IMG/VR virus record: IMGVR_UViG_3300007988_001053
Coordinates: 1 to 34,925 of that record
DNA from: a virus
Lineage: Duplodnaviria > Caudoviricetes
Direction: 5' to 3' (one strand)
Length of the DNA stretch: 34,925 bases
Positions 1 to 9,133 of this stretch are shown here, piece after piece. Made by a program: the position numbers and the translations under genes. The notes under the pieces were generated by a model, which saw nothing but the letters and a program-made list of their open reading frames with translations, was not told the DNA's origin and did no database searches. The stretch's first letter is position 1, and every line of letters begins with the position of its first letter.

Positions 1-438
1 ATGAAAGTTCTGCACACTAGCCCGATCAGCATCACCAATATTAATGCGCACGGCACTTTTGATGACTGCCTGTTCTTTTCTGCAAATGAATACAGCATGT
101 CCATCACAAAGGATCTTTACGTTTACTCGCTGGAGTTGAAAGAAGACAAAATCATCACCGTATCCAATCTATACGACGCGGAGATTGTTGCAGCCATCGC
201 ATCAAAATTCGGAATCGACGAAGACCAGGCAGAAGCACTGCTGGACGGCTCAGACTCAGCGTTTGACTACAGCAGCGACTATGAAGATGACTTCTGGATT
301 CAGGCAAAACAAGGCGAATGCGCCAAAAAAATGGGGTATGAAGCAGCCGAAGCCGAAGACGAACAAGGAACAGTCTACATTGTGCCAATGCTGGGACGTG
401 AAGCAGAACTGAAACTGGAGAAAGTATATGGGGCTTAA
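1..438 (+). CDS. acrIF11: AcrIF11-family anti-CRISPR (ADP-ribosyltransferase fold)
   Basis: 145 aa, acidic. N-terminal LHTS...ITNI...GTFDDCLF parallels recalled AcrIF11 LFHGS..ISEI..SGVFGGLF. C-terminal WIQAKQGECAKKMGYEAAEAEDEQGT parallels WELQRLRGVLAVRLGYTSVEMEDEHGT. An Aca5-like gene follows. The start is at the window edge, so the RBS is not visible. Confidence 0.85.
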   Translation: MKVLHTSPISITNINAHGTFDDCLFFSANEYSMSITKDLYVYSLELKEDKIITVSNLYDAEIVAAIASKFGIDEDQAEALLDGSDSAFDYSSDYEDDFWIQAKQGECAKKMGYEAAEAEDEQGTVYIVPMLGREAELKLEKVYGA

Positions 439-604
439 TGAGTACATCGCCCTGCACTTTGCCGGATCACAAAAAGCATTCGCAGCTGCACAGGGCGTTC
501 AGCCGGCCCAGGTAACCCAGTGGCTCAAAAAAGAGTTTATCGTCATTAATGACACCCTGTATTCACCCCGCCGCGTACTTTCCCGTACAGCTGAGCAACC
601 CTAA
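428..604 (+). CDS. aca5: Aca5-like anti-CRISPR-associated HTH repressor, 58 aa (not in ORF track)
   Basis: Hand translation MGLNEYIALHFAGSQKAFAAAQGVQPAQVTQWLKKEFIVINDTLYSPRRVLSRTAEQP. GGAG RBS at 417-420; overlaps the acr 3' end. Resembles recalled Aca5 (MSLTEYIDKNFAGNKAAFARHMGVDAQAVNKWIKSEWFV...LSSVRRE). Confidence 0.85.
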   Translation: MGLNEYIALHFAGSQKAFAAAQGVQPAQVTQWLKKEFIVINDTLYSPRRVLSRTAEQP

Positions 605-801
605 CGCCCTTCAAGCGCTTGCCGCACCCTCCCGGCGAGCGTGTCGCACACCACCACCTTATCCATCACCAGACCCGGCAAGTCATCCAGCCGGATGACC
701 ACGGCGTCATCCGGTATTCGCTCAACTAATTTAACCGTGCCGTCTACGATTGCGGTTATCCAGCGCTCCGGCTGGCGCGTTATATCCTGTCGCGCTTTCA
801 T
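601..801 (-). CDS. Hypothetical protein, 66 aa
   Basis: ATG with a GAGG RBS upstream. Stop overlaps the aca5 stop. Divergent from the XRE gene at 984. Confidence 0.6.
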   Translation of the reverse strand: MKARQDITRQPERWITAIVDGTVKLVERIPDDAVVIRLDDLPGLVMDKVVVCDTLAGRVRQALEGR

Positions 802-983
802 CCTGCGTCCTCATATATTGATACTGACATCATTTGTCACACGATACTGCGGCGCAGTCTGTCTGATATCAAGCAACCATCTGTTACAGTGCGCGCCCAA
901 CCTGAACACAACAAATCAAACGTGGGGCGAAGGTGCAGGCGTGTCTATACATACAGTGATGAAGTTTTGAGAGATTTAATCAG

Positions 984-1412
984 ATGCACAGCGCACAGGC
1001 GGCCTGCGGTGAAAGGCTGAGAACTATGCGCATGGAGGCGGGATATACTCAGAAAGAAGCGGTAAGACTGGCCAACGAAGTGGCCGAGGAGGAAAGGATC
1101 AGTGAACGATTTACATTGCGTGCTCTGCGCCGCTGGGAGTTATTGGGTACAAATGCGCACAAGCCTCGCAACCACGGAACTACGCCACCCACGCTGCGGG
1201 AGTTATACGTGTTGCTGCGCGTGTACAGCGGCAGCCCATCATATCTGCTAATGGGACTTGAGCCGCCGCTCTATCCAATGGATCAGTACGGGGTTTATAA
1301 ATCCGCGCTATTCAGCCCGGCCATGGTAGAGGTAATGAACGAGCTGGCACGCTGGTCAGCACCGCGCCGCCAGCTGTTCATCGAGTTTTTCAGGGAGTTT
1401 GTGAAGCGCTAA
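984..1412 (+). CDS. XRE-family HTH transcriptional regulator
   Basis: GERLRTMRMEAGYTQKE...LRRWE...PTLREL...SPSYLLMG is a typical XRE pattern. Convergent with the last tail gene. Confidence 0.8.
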   Translation: MHSAQAACGERLRTMRMEAGYTQKEAVRLANEVAEEERISERFTLRALRRWELLGTNAHKPRNHGTTPPTLRELYVLLRVYSGSPSYLLMGLEPPLYPMDQYGVYKSALFSPAMVEVMNELARWSAPRRQLFIEFFREFVKR

Positions 1413-1636
1413 ACGGTCACACTCACAGCCGGTAAATCAGGAGCCTGCCCGATTATCTTGCCGCCCTGAATCATAGCTTTACTACCCACCGGCACAGACA
1501 CGCCCTGCACAGTAATGCTTTCGCCCGTGCGCAGGGTTACTGCACTGGTGCCATTGGCGTTAACCGCCGCAACGGTAACCACTGCTTTCGCACCTGGTGC
1601 GGTCAGCGCTCCGAATCTTACCCACGGATTACTCAT
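1409..1636 (-). CDS. Small tail-tip protein (last gene of the late operon)
   Basis: 75 aa, beta-rich, MSNPWVRF start, ATGA overlap with the upstream tail gene. Confidence 0.7.
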   Translation of the reverse strand: MSNPWVRFGALTAPGAKAVVTVAAVNANGTSAVTLRTGESITVQGVSVPVGSKAMIQGGKIIGQAPDLPAVSVTV

Positions 1637-3411
1637 GCCATGCCCTCCCAGGCTATCGGTTGTTCGAGTGTTACATTTTGACGAACTTTGGCAGATCCAC
1701 GCCCCGGGGCGCTGATGCTGACGCTCTGCACATAAGCGCGGTACGTCAGCGCGGTGCTGTTGTAAACCACCGCCACGGTATGCCCCGGCAGCAACAGCCC
1801 CGGCTGCGCACTGGTTTCGGGTATGGCCAGTTCCAGCGTATGGATAATGCGGTCACCACTGGCGGCAATTTCCTGCGCCGCGCGGGCGGCGTTGGCCGGT
1901 TGTTCTGTCAGCCAGGCATCCACCACATCCGGGCCGAACTGATCGCCAGCGGTACCCAGCCGGGTAGCACTGAGCGCAACGCCCTCCCGTTCGCCGGTAA
2001 CGTCCACTGCATTGATCTGAGGCCGGGTTTCCAGCTTGCCGCCCTCGCTGAGTATCTGGTTTTCATGGATGGTGCGGTCCATATCAGCCGACCATAAATC
2101 CCACGGCAGCACGGCATAGCGCGGGCGCACAATCACGGTATCCGCTGCCATGGCAGGCTGCACCACCGCGCCAACAGCAGCAGCCAGCCGCTTAATGGCC
2201 TGCAGTGGTGTCAACTCCTGATAGCTATAGCTGGCGTTAGGCATGATCCAATCCGGCAGCAATGCAGCATCCCAATCCAGAGCGAATCCGGTACCGGCAA
2301 GCTCTGCCGTAGCGGCCTGCACTGCCGTGGTGGTGCCAATGCTGCGGGTACGCTTGGGCGCGAACGGCTGCCCCAGGTACTGAGTGCGGCTGTAGCCCGA
2401 CACGGAAAATCGTTTGTCCAGGCTGCTGCCGGTAATCTTGCGCGACTTATCCCACTGGGTAATGAACACCACCCACTGATGGCCGTTGATTTCAATAAGC
2501 GCCTGTTTGTATCCGCTGGCGTCGGGCTTCAGCAGCGCCACGCTGGCGCCGTTCAGAACCTCGGCACTGAACTTCCAGCTGTAGGTGTCGGCATCCAGCT
2601 GCAGGGAAATATCGGCAATGGCCAGCGGCTGCATGCCGGGTAACGCATAGGCGTTTACGCTGTTCACGATGATGTAAACCTCTGAATAGTTAGGCGCAGG
2701 CCACTCGCCGGGTTCCTGCGGCGGCGGTTCTGTTTTGTAGGGCAGTTCGGGCTGGTAGCTGAGCGATACGCCCACACCCCAGGGCAGCAGAGTGTTGTCT
2801 TCATGGGCGGGCGGCTGATGCACACCCAGCGCGGCACCGCTGGCCATGGGCGTTGCTGGCCGCTTGGTCAGTTCATAGTCGCCCCAGGTAATGCGCCCCG
2901 CCGGAATGTACGGGCCATCATCCAGCGCCAGCAGCGCCGACAGGTCGGTAAACAGTTCGGCCTGCCGCAACGCATAGGCCGAAGGGCGCACCGCCAGCAG
3001 ATTCACGCACAACTGCGGCAGCTCAGCACCGGTGGCATGCTCCACCACGCTGGTATGCGCCCAGATCTGCCAGCCGCCCGCCAGCGGCACACCGGCCTGC
3101 TGCTGATGTTGCAGGTTCGGCACATCGATGTGGCGCAGCGTATTCCACGCCAGCGCATTGGCACCGACCAGCGGTTCAGAGGCCAGCGACTGCAACCACA
3201 GCGAGGCCACGGAATGCGCACCGGCCATGCCGAAACCGGACGCAAAGCCGCTGGCCATAGCCTCCCCCATACCCAGCTGCGACGGCAGCAACTGATGCAG
3301 CGGCGGCGGCACTCCCCAGCCCACCGATGCCGCACCGGCCTGAGCATCGCCCACGGCTACGCCAGCCCGTGCCATCACGCGAATGGCAGGCAGCTCTAAA
3401 GCGTCAGACAT
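1633..3411 (-). CDS. Tail tip/hub protein (putative)
   Basis: 592 aa in the tail operon. The C-terminal half has a hub-like pattern (LDADTYSWKFSA, INGHQWV, LTPLQAIKRLAAAVGA). Confidence 0.7.
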   Translation of the reverse strand: MSDALELPAIRVMARAGVAVGDAQAGAASVGWGVPPPLHQLLPSQLGMGEAMASGFASGFGMAGAHSVASLWLQSLASEPLVGANALAWNTLRHIDVPNLQHQQQAGVPLAGGWQIWAHTSVVEHATGAELPQLCVNLLAVRPSAYALRQAELFTDLSALLALDDGPYIPAGRITWGDYELTKRPATPMASGAALGVHQPPAHEDNTLLPWGVGVSLSYQPELPYKTEPPPQEPGEWPAPNYSEVYIIVNSVNAYALPGMQPLAIADISLQLDADTYSWKFSAEVLNGASVALLKPDASGYKQALIEINGHQWVVFITQWDKSRKITGSSLDKRFSVSGYSRTQYLGQPFAPKRTRSIGTTTAVQAATAELAGTGFALDWDAALLPDWIMPNASYSYQELTPLQAIKRLAAAVGAVVQPAMAADTVIVRPRYAVLPWDLWSADMDRTIHENQILSEGGKLETRPQINAVDVTGEREGVALSATRLGTAGDQFGPDVVDAWLTEQPANAARAAQEIAASGDRIIHTLELAIPETSAQPGLLLPGHTVAVVYNSTALTYRAYVQSVSISAPGRGSAKVRQNVTLEQPIAWEGMA

Positions 3412-3419
3412 AGGATTCC

Positions 3420-4166
3420 TTACGAAATAGTGAAAGGCCCGGCTGACTTAGGCCGGTAGAACGGCACCGCTGTCATTCGTACCGTACCGCTGGTAACGGG
3501 TTCGCCATCGGCGGTGGGCCATGCCGGTTCCGGCCCCAGCACACCGGGGGCGCTGACTTGATAGACATAACCCGTTGGGCTGCTGGGGTGAATACGCTCA
3601 CCCACGCCACGCGCTTCGCCTTCAACGTGCGGCACGCCGTAATCATCCAGAGCGGTAACCAGAACCTGGCCGGTGTAGCCTTGCCAGTTCAGAGTGTACT
3701 GGCCGGTAACAGGGTCGGACTGAGTTTCTGCCAACAGCTGCGGGGCGTCTCCATCAAGGCCGACCGCTACCACACGCCGCGCCGCAGGCAAGCCCGCCAC
3801 CTCCGTGCGACCACTGAACGATTTAGGATCTCCGCCGCCGGAGGACTGCCCCTGACTTGTAAATTCGATATTCAACTGACCGGGGTTGTACACGTAGTTG
3901 TCTACCCACCACACGCCAGCCGAGATGCCGTTCTGGATTTTAAGGGCAAGTAGCTTGTAGCTTGCTGAGGCGTTAATAGCTAACAACGGAAAGCGCAGCT
4001 TATTGCGGGTAACCACAACAGCATCCGGAGCGTTTATAGAGCGCACAAATTGCGTAATGAAAAACACGCCAGGTTCAATGGGCAGATTGTGCAGCAGATC
4101 ACAATAAACAACCCCACTCACAGCAATCCTAAGCGGTGATTGATAACTGAATGAAATCCCCGTCAC
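3420..4166 (-). CDS. Tail-associated protein, with a variable N-terminus and a C-terminal ChtBD3/CBM-like motif
   Basis: 248 aa. SDPVTGQYTL beta-sandwich-like segment, then VGERIHPSSPTGYVYQVSAPGVLGPEPAWPT. The 5' part is visibly more AT-rich. Confidence 0.65.
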   Translation of the reverse strand: MTGISFSYQSPLRIAVSGVVYCDLLHNLPIEPGVFFITQFVRSINAPDAVVVTRNKLRFPLLAINASASYKLLALKIQNGISAGVWWVDNYVYNPGQLNIEFTSQGQSSGGGDPKSFSGRTEVAGLPAARRVVAVGLDGDAPQLLAETQSDPVTGQYTLNWQGYTGQVLVTALDDYGVPHVEGEARGVGERIHPSSPTGYVYQVSAPGVLGPEPAWPTADGEPVTSGTVRMTAVPFYRPKSAGPFTIS

Positions 4167-5206
4167 ATCCAGTCCTCAACACCAAGACTAATCAATGCAA
4201 CCGCACTGTCGGGTATTTGACAAACAAGATGTGACCGGCCATCTATATCAATCAAATCACGCAAGCATGCAACCCCAAGCGACTCGGAATTTGGCACCGA
4301 CACAGATGACGGATAAACCAAACTTAAATTCGTTTTAAGCATAGGAATAACGGCTCGCTGCCAGCCATACTCTTTGAAACTTGATGACAGGTTTTCACTA
4401 ACGTACACAGATAACGGAACCAATTGAAATTCAACAATACGATCAGGAACTCTGAATGGGCTAACACTTGGGAGCATTGAAAACGGATCATTCATTGCGT
4501 AAGCAGGTGCTGATAACAACACATTATCAATGCCGTACAAAACAGTATTAAATACTGCGGAGGTCTGCGGATAACTATTGCTGCTATTCCAGCCGCCGTA
4601 TCCACTATTAGTTCCCCAGTTCCCGCCAACAATATGGAAATTACCGAGTTCAGCATCCGACACACCACCTAAACCGCGCACATCCCTCAATGCACCTATT
4701 CCGCAAACTCCCATAAAAGAGTTGGAAGTCCTCGAAGAGGACGCCCCATATCTATGCAAGTCAGAATCAGATGAAGCAACAAATATCCACGCACAGTTTT
4801 CATTAGCAACAACACACCAAGCACCAATGGCCAACGACCGAATCCATGGGCGCTGCTGCTGCTTTGACCCCTCAGAAAATTCACCGATATCCGAAATAAT
4901 TCCAATCCCGCTTCGCGCGTTAATCGGTGTTCTCGCATCAAGCATAGCCTCTGAAATGAACAGGAAAGGTGCATTTCCAGCCTGCGGTGAACGGACAACA
5001 CCCAGAACCCCAGACTGTTGCTGATTAGTAAAGCTAGCCACCCCACCAGATGCCCAATCGTCATACACAACCGACCAGCCAGCCGCAGGCTTGCTGCCGT
5101 AGCCATCGACCAAGCAAGCAAGAATGATTTGATAAAAAGCATCCTGCCCGCTCGACAACACCGGCGCACCGGGATCATCGTAGTAATAAACCGTAGGCGC
5201 TCCCAT
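4163..5206 (-). CDS. Putative tail fibre/receptor-binding protein
   Basis: 347 aa. N-terminus DDPGAPVL...ILACLVDGYGSKPAAGW typical of siphophage tail-tip proteins, followed by an AT-rich body. Confidence 0.7.
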   Translation of the reverse strand: MGAPTVYYYDDPGAPVLSSGQDAFYQIILACLVDGYGSKPAAGWSVVYDDWASGGVASFTNQQQSGVLGVVRSPQAGNAPFLFISEAMLDARTPINARSGIGIISDIGEFSEGSKQQQRPWIRSLAIGAWCVVANENCAWIFVASSDSDLHRYGASSSRTSNSFMGVCGIGALRDVRGLGGVSDAELGNFHIVGGNWGTNSGYGGWNSSNSYPQTSAVFNTVLYGIDNVLLSAPAYAMNDPFSMLPSVSPFRVPDRIVEFQLVPLSVYVSENLSSSFKEYGWQRAVIPMLKTNLSLVYPSSVSVPNSESLGVACLRDLIDIDGRSHLVCQIPDSAVALISLGVEDWM

Positions 5207-8200
5207 TAGTCTGCATCCCCTCTGAATTCCACGGAAATAACGTCATCGGCCAGCGGTTCGCTGTCGGGCAATACGGTGCGTATGGCCCACAGCGGCGCGG
5301 CAGCTGCGTCGGTGTTGAAGCGTAAAATGTTGCTGGTTACCCAGCCGCTACCCCAGCCCGAGGCGCGTATGGTGAAGTACGGCTCGCTGGTCATGGGATT
5401 GATGGGGCTGTAGTCGGCGTTAATGCTGCCGGTACCGATAATGCCCAGTTTTTCCCCGATCACCTGATAGCCGGTGGAACTGGTGAACTTCAGTTTCCAG
5501 CGTTCCTGCACCGCGCTGCGGTTGTCGATCAGTACCGGATAGTTCAGCGCGTCGTAGGTAGCCGTGGCCTCTGAGCCCTGACGCTCGTCATGCCAGCCAG
5601 TGTCAGTCTGTTCATCGAACAGGTTGCGCACCCGCGCTTGCAGGGTGCCGAAATTCACTGCCGCACTCACAAAGGTGTCGCCGGCGGTGTAGCTGTTGCG
5701 CAGGCTGGTCAGCAGCTGCAGCGTGCCATCCACCGACACGGTGCCCACGGCCGCCATGTCTTCCTGACGGTGGGTAACGGTCAGCGGCATGGTCAGGCTG
5801 TTGGCTTGTTCATCTTGCGCGGTAAACGGGTCGGCCAGCGTGATGATGCCGGTGGCTTTGCTCACGCTGTACATGGCCGGGTCCAGATCCACACCCGCCG
5901 CATCACGGATATGCACCTGCGCCAGATTTTCCCGCCCGCAATCAATGGCCTGGCCGGCCGTGGGCGTGGCCAGGGCAATGCTTTGGGTGTTGTGAATCAC
6001 CACCAGATAACCCGACTGGAACACCGGCACGCGGCCATTGGTGGGCAGTCGAACCGGGTTTAACCCCAGCACTTCAGGCGACAAAGGCACAGTGGTATAC
6101 GTCACGGCGTTATACGTCAGCGTGCTGAGAATCACCGGCTGGCTGAAGCTGATGCTCACCACGCCGGTGGTGTAATCCACCGTGCCGGTTGCACTGCCCC
6201 CCGTTGTTGGCGTTGGCACAAAGGGCAGGCTGTAGCCGTTTACACTGCCAGGCTGCGGAAAACTGGTCACGCTATCGGCTGTATCAAAGCTGCCAGTGAT
6301 AGTGCCATCGTTGGCAGAGTCTGCACGCAGCAGCGCACCATCGGTTGCGCGGCGAGCAAGAAACTGCAGGCCACTGGGGCGCAATGGGCTGGCCACGCTG
6401 CGGAATACAACCGATACAACAGCTGCCGCCGCGCCGATGCCATCCACCCCAGCCAGCAGGCTACTGTTGAGGCTTGAAATTATTGGCTGCAGAGCGCTGT
6501 AGTTAATTTCGACCGCAGCGCCCGAGTAGTTCACCGTGCCGCACTGAATGCCAGCACCTGTGCCGGCATTCCAGCCCCGGTACAGGTAGCCATCGCCACG
6601 ATCCACCAGATCATCACCACCCACGCGCAACTGCAATGCGCCAGGCACCAGAGGCCGGTCGCCCAGCTGAGAAACAAGCCGTAAATCGGCAAATGGCACC
6701 ACAACCGATGCAGCCTCGGTGGCGCTGCTGGTGAAGTAGCGCACCTGCACAGTCTGCGATTCCACCCGCATGACTTTGGTGTTGGTCACCAGCTGCCAGT
6801 TACCCAGCACTGCCGACCCCTTAACCCACTCCTGCACCGTCACCTGCAGCGCATCGGCGTTCAGCGTAACCACGCCAGTGGCAGCGTTAATGCTGCCCAG
6901 CACCGACGAAAAGCCACTGCGCACCAGCTGACCATTGGCCTTGCCGCGCAGCATCAGCGTACTACTGAAGCGGGTATCACTCACCACTCCGCCGCTGTTA
7001 GTTGTCACCGTCCAGGTAACATCCACACTGAATAGGACACTGGCCGGGATAACATCAGCCACACCGGTATCCAGCGTAATAGTGCCGCCGGTTTGCTGCG
7101 CCACCGCTACGTCAGTAGTCAGCTGCTGCCCCGCCAGCTGGCGCTGGTAAGTTACGGTAAAATCCCCACTGGGCAAGCTGGCGCTGCGAAACAGCAAGCG
7201 GCTGCCGAGAACAAAGCCATCCCCTGACCCGGACAACACATTATCTGCCCCCGCCGTGGCCGTGTAGTTGCTGCTGCCACGCTGCCAGCTGACGACCGAA
7301 GTGCCTGCCGCAGGAACACCATCAAGATCCACCCCAATAAACACATCCTGCGGCCCGGATGGCAACTCAGTGAACGACGACTGCGCCCAGGTGTAAATCA
7401 TGCGGCTGGCCAGATCCGGCTCGCCGGGCAACGTAAGGGCCACGCTGCCGGTGCTGTAGTTGATGCTGCCGGATGCACCATTGCCCGACAGCACGCCGGT
7501 ACCGTTGTCGGACACCACATACCAGCGCCCAAGGTAGGCAAATTCTACCCGCACGCTGCCCGGCATAGGCGCAGGCTGTAATTGTTCGGTGTAGGTTATC
7601 TGCCGATTGCCAGCCGTAACTTCCACGCTGTCGGTGTACGGCACCAACTCCACAGCCACACCCGACTGATACTCCACCGATACCGCACGATTGCCCGACA
7701 CCGAAAACACCAGCACACCATCGGCGGCATTCAGCTGCACATCCGACAGAAACGCAGAGCCAGACAATAACCGCACGCCGCTGCCGTCTTCCGCATACAC
7801 ACTGCCGCCCACAGTTAAGCGCAACGTGCCCGGAAGCCATGCCGATGGCAGAGTGAACGTTTGCGGGCCAGTGACGGTGCCCAGGCTGCGCGACAGCAGC
7901 GGCCCCGACGCCTGCACAGTGCGCTGCGCAATGCCTGGGGTTTGATCAAGAATCGCCTGCTCCGTGGTTGCAGCAGGAACAATGGGCGAAAAGATGCCAT
8001 CCACAATCACCGCCCGATCACCAGCCACAGCGGGCTGCGCAAGTGGCTTAATGCCGTAATACTTGGCGCTGTTGTTGCTTTGGGTGTTGTAGATTTCGGT
8101 GGGGTGCTGCGCCGCCGGTGCCGGATCGGTACCCACAAAATCGTACTGCAGCGGCTGGCTGATTTTCAGCACCACTTCGAACGCTTTGTAGGTTTGAAAG

Positions 8201-8739
8201 TCGCCGTTTTTATCCAGATAGGTGTAGCTGGCCGCCGCTACATCCACGCGCGTAACTTTAACCGGCTGGCTGTTGCCGCCGCCGATCAGGTACAGAACCG
8301 CACCCACTTCCGGCGCATCGGCTTCGCGGGCAGCGTACAGCACCAACGAGGTTTGCCCTTCGCGCTGAGTACCCACAGGGCGCAATGCGCTGCGGGTACT
8401 GAGCACCACAAACTGCTCAATTTTATCCTGCGCACTGCTGCGCTGATCGTAATGATCGCCGGTGCTGAACAGCAGTGTGCTGACGTTGGGCGCTGCAGCA
8501 TCGCTGGCCAGCATCGCATGAGCGCCAAGGAATTTATCGACGTTGGCGCTGCGGATGGCGCAGAACAGCTTGCGCAGGCTGACACCGCCATAGGCCAGCA
8601 TTGTGCGCGGGATATCGTCCCACAGGTTGTTAATGTCGCCACTGGCAATGGCAACGCCGGTCATCATGCCGCCGCCGTCGGTTTCATCGGTTACACGCTC
8701 AGGGCGCATGATTTGGACATCAGAAGCGTTAATCGCCAT
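5206..8739 (-). CDS. Large tail-tip/baseplate structural protein
   Basis: 1177 aa. N-terminal TDETDGGG motif and repeated GxINYxTG-like beta motifs; lies downstream of the tape measure gene. Confidence 0.8.
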   Translation of the reverse strand: MAINASDVQIMRPERVTDETDGGGMMTGVAIASGDINNLWDDIPRTMLAYGGVSLRKLFCAIRSANVDKFLGAHAMLASDAAAPNVSTLLFSTGDHYDQRSSAQDKIEQFVVLSTRSALRPVGTQREGQTSLVLYAAREADAPEVGAVLYLIGGGNSQPVKVTRVDVAAASYTYLDKNGDFQTYKAFEVVLKISQPLQYDFVGTDPAPAAQHPTEIYNTQSNNSAKYYGIKPLAQPAVAGDRAVIVDGIFSPIVPAATTEQAILDQTPGIAQRTVQASGPLLSRSLGTVTGPQTFTLPSAWLPGTLRLTVGGSVYAEDGSGVRLLSGSAFLSDVQLNAADGVLVFSVSGNRAVSVEYQSGVAVELVPYTDSVEVTAGNRQITYTEQLQPAPMPGSVRVEFAYLGRWYVVSDNGTGVLSGNGASGSINYSTGSVALTLPGEPDLASRMIYTWAQSSFTELPSGPQDVFIGVDLDGVPAAGTSVVSWQRGSSNYTATAGADNVLSGSGDGFVLGSRLLFRSASLPSGDFTVTYQRQLAGQQLTTDVAVAQQTGGTITLDTGVADVIPASVLFSVDVTWTVTTNSGGVVSDTRFSSTLMLRGKANGQLVRSGFSSVLGSINAATGVVTLNADALQVTVQEWVKGSAVLGNWQLVTNTKVMRVESQTVQVRYFTSSATEAASVVVPFADLRLVSQLGDRPLVPGALQLRVGGDDLVDRGDGYLYRGWNAGTGAGIQCGTVNYSGAAVEINYSALQPIISSLNSSLLAGVDGIGAAAAVVSVVFRSVASPLRPSGLQFLARRATDGALLRADSANDGTITGSFDTADSVTSFPQPGSVNGYSLPFVPTPTTGGSATGTVDYTTGVVSISFSQPVILSTLTYNAVTYTTVPLSPEVLGLNPVRLPTNGRVPVFQSGYLVVIHNTQSIALATPTAGQAIDCGRENLAQVHIRDAAGVDLDPAMYSVSKATGIITLADPFTAQDEQANSLTMPLTVTHRQEDMAAVGTVSVDGTLQLLTSLRNSYTAGDTFVSAAVNFGTLQARVRNLFDEQTDTGWHDERQGSEATATYDALNYPVLIDNRSAVQERWKLKFTSSTGYQVIGEKLGIIGTGSINADYSPINPMTSEPYFTIRASGWGSGWVTSNILRFNTDAAAAPLWAIRTVLPDSEPLADDVISVEFRGDAD

Positions 8740-9113
8740 TACACAGGCTCCACGGTAATCAGGTGCAGGGTGAGTTCGTACAGGGTTTCAGCAGTGGGGT
8801 TTAATTCAGGGCTTAATAGCTCGGCCTCGACACCGCCCGCCGCGATATCAAACAGCACGGCACGGGTGCTGCCATCGTTAAGGGTTAAGGTGCGCACAGT
8901 GGCGGGCTGCGCCTGCATATCGTTAAGCGCCAGCACCTCCGCACGGGTTGCCCACGCCCCAGTCAGTGTTATGGGCTGGCCATACGCGAGGAGCTGTGAT
9001 TCAACAACCGCGCCGCCAGACACGGTGCGCTCAACGCTTTGCGCAGCACCCGCCCACGCAAATTCATCCGCCCAGTACAAATTACCGGGCAGTTCTAAGG
9101 TATCCAGTTGCAT
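8739..9113 (-). CDS. Distal tail (Dit-like) protein
   Basis: 124 aa directly after the tape measure gene; LYWADEFAW...ERTVSG...GQPITL pattern. Confidence 0.65.
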   Translation of the reverse strand: MQLDTLELPGNLYWADEFAWAGAAQSVERTVSGGAVVESQLLAYGQPITLTGAWATRAEVLALNDMQAQPATVRTLTLNDGSTRAVLFDIAAGGVEAELLSPELNPTAETLYELTLHLITVEPV

Positions 9114-9133
9114 GATGATTCCCGCTTGTAATG

